The position numbers and the translations under genes were made by a program. From Octopus bimaculoides (Eukaryota), in the NCBI RefSeq assembly GCF_001194135.2, contig NC_069006.1, positions 25,268,830-25,329,896 on the forward strand: a stretch of DNA of 61,067 nucleotides. Direction: 5' to 3'. The notes under the pieces are model-generated. The model made no database searches. It saw only the letters and a list, made by a program, of their open reading frames with translations, and was not told the DNA's origin. Below, one piece after another: positions 1 to 11,052 of this stretch. The first letter of the stretch is position 1. Each line of letters starts with the position of its first letter.

Positions 1-227
1 GGGGGGGGGGTTACACGGCGACGACGACGGTAGCGTAAATGGTATTTATTGATGAAGCAATGGTATGGCACCAATAGTTTCCGAAATGGTGATATGTCTG
101 TGTTGTAGTAGAACAGTGGTAGTTGTGCGATGACACTGTTGTAGTAATGGTTGTGGTGGTGTTAGTCGTGATGGTCGTGGCGGTGGAAGCAGAAGAGATA
201 GTAATGTATAATGGTCATTGACACAGG

Positions 228-270
228 CCTATGATCAAACACAACCCAACTGTGACCACCCACCCTCCTT
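228..270 (+). repeat. Short interspersed motif TGATCAAAGGnATTCCAGYCRTGACCAYCC; other copies near 13224-13262, 15630-15665 and 36868-36905
   Basis: The same degenerate ~40-bp motif is visible at four dispersed sites, often followed by a T/pyrimidine run. Probably the 3' end of a retroposon (inference). Confidence 0.5.
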
Positions 271-419
271 TTCTTGTATTTGTAAAGGACCCGGAGACTC
301 CGTTACCGAAGGAAATTGAGTGTGATTTGAGAGAGAGAGACATTTGGCTGCTATGTCTAGCAGGTCGGACGACCACATAGATGGACGGTTACTGGCGAGA
401 GTGGTGGCAGGTGGAGGCA

Positions 420-1114
420 TACGCGATGAGACGGCGGGGGAGTTGGGGAAGCTAGAAAGGTAGGAAGAGATGTGATTTGGAGAAAATTACACAGCTAGAT
501 AAACAATTAGCGTTAATGAGAGAAATTATAGAGATAGGTGAGATAGATAGATAGATAGATAGATAGATAGTAAAAAGGGAGGAAGGAATGGTAAAGGAGA
601 GAGAAGGTAGAATAGAGAAAGAGAGGGAGAGAGTGACGGTAGATTGTAGAGAGAGGGAAGGAGGCAGGTTGTAGAGAGGGCAGAAACAAAGAGGAGAGAG
701 AGGAGGAAGAGATTGTATTGGGGGGGAAAGGCAGACTGTAGGGAGGGGGAAAAGGAAGATTGTAGAGAGAGGGGTAGAAAACAGACTGTAGAGAGAGATA
801 GGGAGAAAGCAGAGAGTAGAGGAGAGAACGAAGACAGAATGAGGGGTGGGGCGGTAAATTTGAAAAGGGAGAAAGTGAGAGAGAGAAGGAATCTTCGTAA
901 GAGAGAGGGGAAAGAGATAGGTTTACTCTTTCCCTCCTACTATCTGTTAATGTGCAGATAGTGAGAGTGATAGTGAGAGGGTAGAGAAGTAAAAAGAAAG
1001 AATGGGTAAAGGGGGGATAAGGGAGAGCAGATAAGAAAACGAGAGAAAAGAGAAATTGAAGAGGGAAGAATATAAAGAGGAAGACGGAGAATTATTGATA
1101 GTCTATATAGATGT

Positions 1115-1163
<49 letters not shown>

Positions 1164-1420
1164 AAAGGATGAATAGAGACGTAGTGAGCGAAGAGAAATT
1201 AAGTAGAGATAGATGAATAGAGAAGTGTGTAAAGCGAGAGAGAGAGAGAGAGAGAGAGTAAAAATAGAGAAAGAGAGAGCGAGGTTGAGTAAAGAGAGAA
1301 AGTAAAATTAGAGAGGGAGGGTAAAAAGAGAGGGGATGAGTAAAACAGAGAGAGAGAGAGAGAGAGCAAGAAAGGGATAGAGAAAGCACGAAGGGTGAGT
1401 GAAAAGGAAAGAGAGAGAAT
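420..1420 (+). repeat. Polypurine (GA-rich) tract with embedded (AGAT)n and (GA)n
   Basis: Plus strand is almost exclusively A/G over ~1 kb. Confidence 0.9.
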
Positions 1421-2129
1421 GTGTATATGCATGTATGTGTGCATACGCTTGTTCTAACCATACGTATGTGAATCTACATTCTGTGTGTGTGTGTCTATAT
1501 ACGTGTGTGATGGCGTGTGTATATACTCGTAACTGAATGCGTGTGTATGCCTGTATGTATGCGTGTGTGTATGTGTGTGTGTGTGTGTGTGTGTGTCTCC
1601 GCCATTGCAATGTGTCCGCTGCTGCTGTTCCTACCGCCGTGTTATCATCTTCCATTGATAGTTGCTAACCCATCAACTGCATATTGATCTCTTTCTACAG
1701 TTGTATGCAGCTTTTCACCGAGCAAACACAACATTGTAAACCTCGCCTATAAAATACACCAATACAAAAACGTTCAAGTCGGATCTTTACAGCACCGCTA
1801 ATGACAAAATATTCAACCTCATTGATTTTTTCGCCTCGCTTTTCTCTCTCTCTCCCTCCCTCTCGCTCTATGGAACTCTGAAGCCATAACGTATGGCTGT
1901 GTGTCTGTGTGTGCCTGTGTCTGTGTGTGCGCGCGTGTCTGTGCATGTATCTGTATGTATGTGTGTCAGTGAGTGTCTTTATGTGTATGTGTGTGTGTGT
2001 GTGTCCGTGTCCACACGCGTCTATTAGTATCTGTATGTATTTCTGCCTGTGTCTGTGCACGTATACACTTGTATACGTGTGTGTATGTGTGCACGTGTCT
2101 GCGTGCATATGAAAGTTACATGTTAGCTC

Positions 2130-2281
2130 ACTTTCATCTCTCTCTCTCACATACAGACTGTCTATATCTATCTATCTATCCATCCATCAATTTATCTGCC
2201 TGTCTTTATACATCACCCATTTATCCACTTATCTATCAATCTATCTGCCTGTCCTTATATGTCACCTATTTATCTACCAAC

Positions 2282-2313
<32 letters not shown>

Positions 2314-2756
2314 ATGCACACATCTATCTATCTATCATATTTCGCCCTGCCTAAGACTCTCTCTAGCCCCTCACTCCTTGTTCACACCACCCCCTTCTCA
2401 ATTACATTCTCTCTCTCTCTCATACCTCCATCACTTTCACTGTCACACCTACACCTCTCCTCCTTCTGCGGTACACCTCCCTCCGTTTTCCTGTCACAGC
2501 TTCCATCTATTTCCAATAATCACATCAGGCTTTTATCTGCCATCACATCTTATTCCAGTCACACTTTCTTAGTGATTCAACCACTCTCCTCTTCTCCCAT
2601 CTCGCCAGTCACATTTACACTCTGCCGCGTCACCTCCCCATCCTATCTTTTCGAAACACTTTCCTGTATTTGTCACACCAGCGTTCCACATCGATACAGT
2701 CACACTTCGAACACTGTAACACCTCACAACCGTTACACCTCCCCATCTCCATTCTA

Positions 2757-2789
<33 letters not shown>

Positions 2790-2860
2790 TCTATATCTAT
2801 CTTCTCAGTCACATCTCCCTGACAGATATCTATTCTGTCACACCATCTATCTCCACCAAA
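2130..2860 (+). repeat. Pyrimidine-rich low-complexity tract with (CTAT)n and (CA)n
   Basis: Direct composition. Confidence 0.85.
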
Positions 2861-3003
2861 CACAGACAACCTTTCCGAGAAGCAGGGCCGCAAGAGACAT
2901 GGTACATCAAGCGGGCAGCATTACAAAAGCAATTCAAGGTAATTTGTCGTAAGGTGTACCATTCAGAAAGTCCCGCGGGCCGCCGATCGCCCATGACCCT
3001 TAC

Positions 3004-3170
3004 CTTATCGGTCAAGCTACTTCCCTGGCATCTATTAGCCACACCATTCCACTAGATATCCATTCCGTCAGTCACACTAACCCTCCTCAATCAATCGTCT
3101 CAATAAAACCAGTCATCAGTCTTCGATACTCAATAAATTCTACGAAGGAACCGAGCCAGTATAGACATTG
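3004..3170 (-). other. Candidate non-coding exon (167 nt), or the 3' part of a longer first exon
   Basis: Minus-strand acceptor CCTTTTTTACCGACAG|C at 3171/3170 and donor AAG|GTAAGG at 3004/3003. All three frames contain stops. It lies in a unique, CpG-enriched island. Confidence 0.25.
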
Positions 3171-3899
3171 CTGTCGGTAAAAAAGGTGGGGGTGTTCGTC
3201 GTGGCGGCGGAGGTAGTGGCGAAGAATGACCATGGCGGCGGTAGTGGTGGGGGGTATTAACCCCCGATTCAGTTCTATCGAACAAGAACTACGATCAAAA
3301 ACTTCCTTCCGTGACCACCTAGTCATTTCTATTGTCCAAACGTATCCACCCAAACTCACTTTTTTCAACGAAAGCAAAGACTTTAGGGAAATTTTACTGC
3401 TATTACTAGCAGATTAGAAAACCGCATAGAAGCGCTCTCGTCGGCTCTACGGTCATTATGGTGGGGATGGTGGAGTCGGAGAAAGTGGTAACAATCGTGG
3501 TGGTGGCGAGGACAGCGGTAATAACGATGGTGGTGGTGGCGACGGCGGCGAGGACAGCGGTGGTGACCGCGAGGATAGAGGTAAGAACGGTGGTGGTGGC
3601 GACGGCGAAAATAGTGGTAACAACGGTGGAGGTGGTGACGACGACGTCTAGCAGTTACCGAAGTGGTAGCAAAGGCGATGGGAGTAGCGGTGATAGGTAA
3701 CGCTGTTGAGTGATAGCGGTAATAATAATAACAATGGTGGCGGCGACGGCGACGTGCTAAAGAGACGCCTCTCCGAATATTCCTATCAAACTGTATAACA
3801 CAGTAGTCATGTAGTTGAAAACCCAAACGTAAATGTTTATCCCTCCCACTTACAAAAGTATAGCATTCATTCTTTCACACAACTTCCATATTTAATTGT

Positions 3900-4680
3900 C
3901 TTCGACATAATATCTCTTTCTTTTGGCGCCCGCCTCTTCTTTCCATAACGAACTCTCTCCAGTCAGACATTATCCTCTCACCCCCGCCACACTCTCTCCC
4001 ACCCAACGCTTACTCTTTCTCTCTCCCTCCCACACTTTACTCTCACTCCCTCTCTCTACAGCATTCCCTCACTCTCACTCTCTCCCCGTCTTTCCTCCTC
4101 TCTTCCCCTTTGAATATACCTCACGTAATTTCCATATCACTTAGACACCGTCCATCACTCACTCTTTCTCTCTACTTTTTCATTCTATCTCTCGCGTATA
4201 TCTCTTACTATATCTTTCAACTCCCCTTCAGCATTACCTCCCTTCCCCGTCTTTACATCTTCACATCTCGCTCTTTATTCCCCCCTCTATCTACATATAT
4301 CTCTCTCCCTCTTTATGTTGCCATCTCCGTTTCTCAATATCCCCATATCTCTTTCCCTTTCTATCTCTACATATCTCTTTCGCTCGCTCTCTCTCTCTCA
4401 CTTACTCAATCTCCACATATCTTTCTCTCCCTCTCTCTAGCTCCCCATATCTTTCTATATCTCCATATATTTCTTTCCCACACTCTCTCTATCTTCATGT
4501 CTCTTTCCCCGTTTCTCACATCTCTTTCTTTAATCAATGACTCCTCCTGTCTGTACTTCCTTTCTCTTTCTCCCTCTCTCTCATGCACAAATTCCATTCC
4601 TCCACCTCCTCCTCTCACTCTAGCTCTCTCCTCCGCTTCCTCCTCCTCCCCCCCTCTCGCATCTCATCCATCTCCCAGCA
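3900..4680 (+). repeat. Polypyrimidine (CT-rich) tract
   Basis: Direct composition. Confidence 0.9.
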
Positions 4681-5405
4681 GACACCAATGGCCACCATAT
4701 TCCGATGACTGCTGTATTGCTCATGGGCTGATAATTAAAGCTAACAGCCCAATAGATGAGGTGTTTATTAGAGGTACAAAAGGGTAGGAAGTGATTGATT
4801 TAGGATGGAGCAGATGCTGGCTGCTTGCTTTAGCTTTGGCTGCCATGGTTGTTGTGGAGGAGGAGAAGATGAAGAACAAGACACCAACGGAGAGAGAACA
4901 GCAGCACGAAATGGTGGAAAATTGGTGATATTACACCAAGCGGTGCTGGCGGTAGTAGCGGTGGTGATACGCTGTATTGGCAGTGGTGATAGTGTTGGCT
5001 ACAGTATAGCAGTGGTAAATGGTAGAGCACTATCTGAAAAGTGTAATAAACCATGGTGTATCCGAAGTGGGGTGATAGTATATTGGTGGTAATATGGTGT
5101 AGTGTATGTGGTGTTAGTGGTATAAAACTGTGGTGGTGGTAGTAGTGGTTGTATAGTGGTAATGTCATAACTGTATCGTTGTGCTGTGGGAGATAGTGTG
5201 GTGGTAGTAGTGGTGGCAGTGGTTATGATATAGTTGTACTATTACATCGTTCCTATTAATGGTGGTGATGATGATGGTGATGGTGGTGGACTGACGAAAC
5301 AAAATGTTCTGTGAACCATCACAAACTGTCTCAATTATAGAACAATTGACTCTGTGTGTGTCTGTACACGCGTGTACGTCCATATGTATATATGCGAGCG
5401 TGTGT

Positions 5406-5439
<34 letters not shown>

Positions 5440-5834
5440 GAGCGTGTGTCTGTGTCTGTGTGTGTGCGTTCAGTTTGGTTTTAGCTCCACAGTCGATAAC
5501 ACACCAACATGTTGCCAACTATGATACCAGCATGTCAAACCGGAATGGCTGGTGTGAAACTAAATTATTCTACTCAGACATCGCTCATAAAATATGATGT
5601 TGAAATTACAAAGATTTTTCGCCCATAAAAACAAGCATGTGTGCATATAAATGTGCGCGTCCTCACACACAAATATACACGCACAAATAATGGTTTGTGT
5701 GTTTAAGAGGTTTATTCTACATCGGGCGATTCTGGCTTTAATCCCACAATGCTGGACATTGGGTGACCCCTGACGCCGACACAAACTGTGCAAAAGTCCG
5801 TTCTTTTTGTTCTGTGTGTACGTAAATGTGTGTA

Positions 5835-6115
5835 GGCGCAGGAATGGCTGTGAGGTAAGAAGTTTGGTTCCCAACCACATGGTTACGAGTTCAGTTCAGT
5901 TCCACTGTGAGATACCTTGGGCAAGCGTTTTCCACCACGACTTTGGACCCAAACAAAGCTTTGTAGGTGGATTTGGTAGGCGGAAACCGAAAGAAGCCTG
6001 TCCTTCGTGAGTGTGTGTTTGTTCCCATCGCTTGACAACCAGTGTTGGCTTGTTTCTATCCCTGAAACTTAGTGGTTCAGCAAAAGAGATTCGTAAGACC
6101 CTGACTGAAAAAAGG
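5835..6115 (+). mobile_element. SINE, head A (tRNA-like, followed by a CORE-like CCTTGGGCAAG motif) with partial tail E
   Basis: GGCGCAGGAATGGCTGTGAGGTAAGAAG...GAGTTCAG...CCTTGGGCAAG...GGATTTGGTAGGCGGAAACCGAAAGAAGCC; this sequence recurs about 20 times in the window. Confidence 0.85.
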
Positions 6116-6166
6116 CAATGGGATCGATTTGTTCGGCTAAACCCTTCAAAGCACAGCCTATATAAT

Positions 6167-6303
6167 GGGCTTCATTCAGTTTCTGTCTACCAAATCCACT
6201 TACAAGGCTTTGGTTGGCCTAAGGCTATAGAAGACATTTGCCCAAGGTGCCAAGCAGTGGGACTGAACCCAGAACCATGTGGTTGGGAAGCAAGCTTCTT
6301 TCC
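6167..6303 (-). mobile_element. SINE head A
   Basis: Reverse complement of the head A consensus. Confidence 0.85.
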
Positions 6304-6540
6304 TTGCACCCATCTTTGTGAAAAATCGTCGTATTAAGCCATGTCCTTCAACACCAGAAAAAAAATCCAATGTAGCGATTTGATAACCAGAAATCAAATA
6401 AGAACCAGATTATGTACGGGGCTGACATACTCAAGAAAAACCCTTTGGCTCTCTTGCCAACTTCTTATAAATTAAATACAGGAGAGCAATACCTTCCCTG
6501 TCTGTCTAAAGTCAAGGTTTAAGAGATTCCATCTGAACTA

Positions 6541-6634
6541 ACCCTTTCGGTGTCAATAAAATGAGTACCAGCTGAGCACAGGGTCAATGGAATCGACTGG
6601 CCCCACTGCCTCAAAATTTCAGACCTTGTGTCTA
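6541..6634 (+). mobile_element. SINE family B, 3' part (Meta/MESC-like central domain)
   Basis: CCCTTTCGGTGTCAATAAAATGAGTACCAG matches the internal motif CATCCTTTCGGGGTCGATAAAATAAGTACCAG shared by 13 copies here. Confidence 0.75.
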
Positions 6635-6716
6635 TTACAGTTCTATATTTAAGGGATGAGGAATTATATACATTATTTACAATTGACGGATATTTGTCCC
6701 CATCTTGTTTGTTGTT

Positions 6717-6762
6717 AACACAACATTTCGGCTGATATACCCTCCAGCCTTCATCAGGTGTC
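6717..6762 (-). ncRNA. Minimal type I hammerhead ribozyme motif (Penelope-like element type)
   Basis: Minus strand: GACAC-CUGAUGA-A-GGCUG-GAGGGUAUAU-CAGCC-GAAA-UG-UU^GUGUU. Both conserved core boxes are present, stem II is a perfect 5 bp, and stem I is 5 bp (one G.U). Confidence 0.75.
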
Positions 6763-6769
6763 TTCGAGA

Positions 6770-6820
<51 letters not shown>
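6770..6820 (+). repeat. (TAG)17 microsatellite
   Basis: Direct. Confidence 0.95.
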
Positions 6821-6822
<2 letters not shown>

Positions 6823-7326
6823 AGAGGGGGAAGAAAGAGAGATGGGTTTCATGTTAAGAACCACCCTTAGAGAGGCAGTTGGTGCTATGGGCACAGCAGT
6901 CACAAGACGTTTGTGAGTTTGTTCAGATCTTCTAAAACGACATAAATTCACCATTTCTAGCACTTACCATCATCATCATCATCATAATTATAACTGTCAT
7001 CATCATCATCACCACCACCACCACCGTTGTCAACATCATCAAAAACGCAATTAGCATGTGTCTTCATGATCTGCTGCTGCTTCCCAATATACATAAAGAA
7101 CCCAGGAGTAGACCAGAGGGGTTGGGTGGAGACAGATCCTTGTTGAAAGGTGGTGGTGGTGGTGGTGGTGAAGGTAGCAGTTGTGTGGTGATCTTTCAGA
7201 AAAAGTATATCAAAACTGAAAGTATTCGATTGGCAATTCCTGAAAAAGATTTTTATTTTAAAAAAATCTTTTTTTTGCAGCTGAATCACTTAAGTTTATG
7301 TATATTTTGTATATGTATGTGTTTAG

Positions 7327-7331
<5 letters not shown>

Positions 7332-7412
<81 letters not shown>
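7332..7412. repeat. (TA)n microsatellite, about 40 units
   Basis: Direct. One of many (TA)n, (CA)n, (GA)n, (ATC)n and (TAA)n runs across the window. Confidence 0.95.
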
Positions 7413-7416
<4 letters not shown>

Positions 7417-8011
7417 GTATATAAGTATATTTATGTAATCTATATGCATGAGTTTATGAGTATGTGTGTATGCACATGTATGCGTGTGCATACATTTTGG
7501 TATGTATACTTGCGCATGTAAGTATATGTGTGCATTTATATACATGCATGTGTGTGCATACATCTGAGTGCACATGCATGTGAGTGTATATGCATGTGTG
7601 TGTGAGCGAGTTTCCAGGCCCTACAACAGGTAGTGAACCACCACCACCACCACCACCGCTGCTGCAGTGGTAATGTTGCTGTTACTATTTGTTAAGAGCG
7701 AAATATTTCCCTGATGGTGGTGGTGGTGGCAGTGAGGAAAGAGAAGACAGACTGAAGGACAATTTAGTCTCCATACACCCATACGTATGTAGATAGACAG
7801 ATATTGTCCTCGGGGGAAATAAACATAAATAGCGTCAATTGGCGCCGTGTAATAGAGTCGCAGAGAGATGAGAATCACCAGATACGCTTCTGTTATAATA
7901 TACTGGCAGATGCCAGCTATACAAGATTATGATGGTGGTGGTGGTGGTGATGACGATGATGAAGGCAGCGATAATCATGTTGTGTCATACACTCATCATA
8001 TTCGTCGATAA

Positions 8012-8046
<35 letters not shown>

Positions 8047-8544
8047 ATAATAATAATAATAATAATAATAAGTGGAGCAAGCAAAATCGAGAATGGAAAT
8101 AATGATAATACTAATAATAATAGTAATTTATTTTTATTAGCCACAGGGGCANNNNNNNNNNNNNNNNNNNNNNNNNNNNNNNNNNNNNNNNNNNNNNNNN
8201 NNNNNNNNNNNNNNNNNNNNNNNNNNNNNNNNNNNNNNNNNNNNNNNNNNNNNNNNNNNNNNNNNNNNNNNNNNNNNNNNNNNNNNNNNNNNNNNNNNNN
8301 NNNNNNNNNNNNNNNNNNNNNNNNNNNNNNNNNNNNNNNNNNNNNNNNNNNNNNNNNNNNNNNNNNNNNNNNNNNNNNNNNNNNNNNNNNNNNNNNNNNN
8401 NNNNNNNNNNNNNNNNNNNNNNNNNNNNNNNNNNNNNNNNNNNNNNNNNNNNNNNNNNNNNNNNNNNNNNNNNNNNNNNNNNNNNNNNNNNNNNNNNNNN
8501 NNNNNNNNNNNNNNNNNNNNNNNNNNNNNNNNNNNACTATAGGC

Positions 8545-8709
8545 ACATGGTCAGCAATCTTGGGAGAGAGAGAAAAGTCGATTGCGTTGACCCCAATTTC
8601 TCAACAGGTACTTAATTTAATGACCCCCCAAGAGGACGAACGGTAAAGTGGACCTCAGTGGGATTTGAACTCACAATGTGCAGATGGACAAAATGTCGGT
8701 CGCTAAGCA
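8545..8709 (-). mobile_element. SINE family B, degenerate
   Basis: GGTACTTAATTTAATGACCCC...GTAAAGTGGACCTCAGTGGGATTTGAACTC is the reverse complement of the family B core. Confidence 0.75.
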
Positions 8710-8711
8710 GC

Positions 8712-8978
8712 TCCATTCCCAGACCAGGCTGTGTGTTGTGTTCTTGAGCAAGACATTTTATTTCACATTGCTCCAGTTCACTCAGCTGTAGAAATGAGTT
8801 GCGACATCACTGGTGCCAGGTTGTATTGGCCCCTTTGCCTTTCCCTTGGATAACATTGGTGGCATGGAGAAGGGAGGTTGGTAGGCATGGGCGATTGCTG
8901 CTCTTCCATAAACAACCTTGTCCAGACTTGTGCCTCGGAGGATAACTTTCTAGGTGCAATCCGATGGTTGTTCATGGC
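8712..8978 (+). mobile_element. SINE head C (CORE-like) with its own body
   Basis: Colinear with 58912-59180: TGTGTTGTGTTCTTGAGCAAGACA...TTGCTCCAGTTCACTCAGCTGTAGAAATGAG...AACTTTCTAGGTGCAATCC. Confidence 0.85.
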
Positions 8979-8984
8979 AAAGTG

Positions 8985-9310
8985 GTTGAGTTCCTTTTGA
9001 GCGTTGGGCCTCACGGAGACATTGACCAAGACCTTTGGCATTATGTCATGCTTGAGAAGAAGATGACCCATCAAGCTGAGCAAAATTGCAGCCATGACAG
9101 ATACTGGTGTCACGCAAAAGGCACCCGTGCCAGTGGTGTATAAGGACACCCATTACACTGTCAGAGTGGTTGGCATTAGGAAAGGCATCCAGCAGTAGAA
9201 AACCATGCCAAATCAGACTGGGAGTCTCGTGCAACCCTGCAGCTTGTCAGCCCAGGTCAAACTGTCCACCCCATGCCAGCATGGACAATGGATACTAAAT
9301 AACGATGATG
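8985..9310 (+). mobile_element. SINE body and tail D, ending ...CCATGCCAGCATGGACAA...TAAATAACGATGATGAT
   Basis: Shared with 14790-15005, 19645-19790, 25665-25812, 31845-32014 and 52082-52272. Confidence 0.85.
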
Positions 9311-9375
9311 ATATATACATACATATATACACACACACACATATATACATGTGTTTATATGTATGCATGTATGTA

Positions 9376-9438
<63 letters not shown>

Positions 9439-9667
9439 GTACACACATGTGTCTGAGATGAGGCGGCAGGGGGAGAAATGTGTGTGCTTCCACAGACAGA
9501 ATCAGAGTATCTTTATGTATGCGCGAGTAGTTTAGGTGAATGGGTGGGGGCGAAGGGAGGGAGGGAGGGAGGGATGAAATAAGCGAAAGAGAACATAAAG
9601 AGAGCGAGAAATTTGTGTACAAGTGCAGAGATATTAAAAACAGTACATACCATGTGTGCACGTGTAA

Positions 9668-9701
<34 letters not shown>

Positions 9702-9984
9702 ATGTGTGTGTTTACACAGGCATTGAAATGCTGCTTGCTAATTGCTCTCTCTGTTCAGGTGATTATAAACTCAATATCCGCTGTCAACCATCTACTTAGA
9801 ATGTCTTGAATATGATAGACAGAAGCAAGTAACAGACCTAAGATGGTGGAGGGGAGGGCGGGCGATGGTGGTGGTGGTGGTGATGTATGTAAGGGAGATT
9901 GAAAGAGCAGATGAATGAAAGAGAGAGAGAGAGACCAAGCTAAAAGAAAGCTGTTTCTCTGCGAAACAGTGATTCTCGACCACT

Positions 9985-10219
9985 TTTTTTTACTTACCCC
10001 CAGACCCCTTTGATACTACTGGACCTTTATTTCCATTCCATGTTTAAAAAGATGACCCCATTATATATTTCCTTATTAAATATTATTAGGAAGTGTATGA
10101 AAAAAATCGTTAAAATATTTTATGTTTTACAAGTGTAACCAATTTACTGAAGATTAAATTTTAACAAAATCTTGTATGGACCCTAAGGGGCCATATTGGA
10201 ACCCTGTTGAGAACCAATA
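9985..10219 (+). mobile_element. hAT (Charlie-like) MITE, left end truncated
   Basis: Right end GTTGAGAACCAATAG resembles the GGTTGAGAACCACTG TIR; the body aligns with 10286-10559. Confidence 0.6.
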
Positions 10220-10285
10220 GCCTAAAGAAAATAACCTGTATGGCTGTGAGGAGAGGATAGCCACAGCTAACTTTCCTAGCCAGAG

Positions 10286-10559
10286 CGGTGCTTCTCAACC
10301 AGTTTTTACCTTTGGACCCCCTTTCAATTCAGTTTCATTCAGATGGACCCCCCACCCCCACCCTATAGCCATTTGAAGTTTAAAAAATCCTTTTCTATTT
10401 TTTATAATTAAATATTATCAGGAATTGTATTAAAAAAAATTGTCAAAATATTTTGGGGACTGTAGAAGTCTTGACCAGTTTATTGGAGATAAATTTTAAG
10501 GACAAAATCTGAGGTGGACCCTCACCAGGGTTATTGTGGACCTAGGTTGGGGAGCATTG
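10286..10559 (+). mobile_element. hAT (Charlie-like) MITE
   Basis: Degenerate TIRs CGGTGCTTCTCAACC / GGTTGGGGAGCATTG; no TSD is recognisable. Confidence 0.6.
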
Positions 10560-10800
10560 GGGGTAAAAGAAGGAAAAGCATAAGTGGAAATAAGGGGAGA
10601 GAGGGAATGAGAAGTGAGAGTGAGAGGAGTAGAAGAGAAAGCAAAGGAGAGAGAGAGGAGGGAAAGAGAAGGAGAGGAGAGAGGAGAGAAAGGAGAGAGG
10701 AAGAGAGAGCAGAAGACAAAGAGGGAGAGAAGAGAGAGGAGAGAAAAGGAAGAGGGAGAGACAGCAAAGAGGAGATGGAGAGAAAGAAAAGAAAGAACAT

Positions 10801-10834
<34 letters not shown>

Positions 10835-10960
10835 GCAGAAGACAAAGAGGGAGAGAAGAGAGAGGAGAAAAGAGAGCAAAGAAAAGGGAGAGAGAATACA
10901 AAGAGGAGATGGAGAGAAAGAAGGAGCATAAGAGAGTGCAAGAGAAGGGGTGGGGTACGT
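10560..10960 (+). repeat. GA-rich tract with an internal ~125-bp duplication
   Basis: AGAGCAGAAGACAAAGAGGGAGAGAAGAGAGAGGA occurs at about 10706 and 10832. Confidence 0.8.
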
Positions 10961-11006
10961 GGAAAATGAAAGCTATAGCCAGAATGCAGAACACAGAAAT
11001 ATATAA

Positions 11007-11052
<46 letters not shown>

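Noticed and set aside
3100-3125. Other CUGAUGA occurrences (minus near 3115 and 27118, plus near 51390) as possible hammerheads
   Set aside because: No adjacent stem II followed by GAAA and a matching stem I.
3329-3343. ATTGTCCAAACG, a 12-nt match to part of mature miR-219
   Set aside because: Seed position 2 differs, the 3' part diverges, and there is no precursor hairpin. Several such 12-mers are expected by chance across all miRNA families.
9542-9573. G-quadruplex-forming motifs (also 33814-33839)
   Set aside because: They fit the pattern but are ordinary low-complexity G-runs in a microsatellite-rich region, with no functional context.
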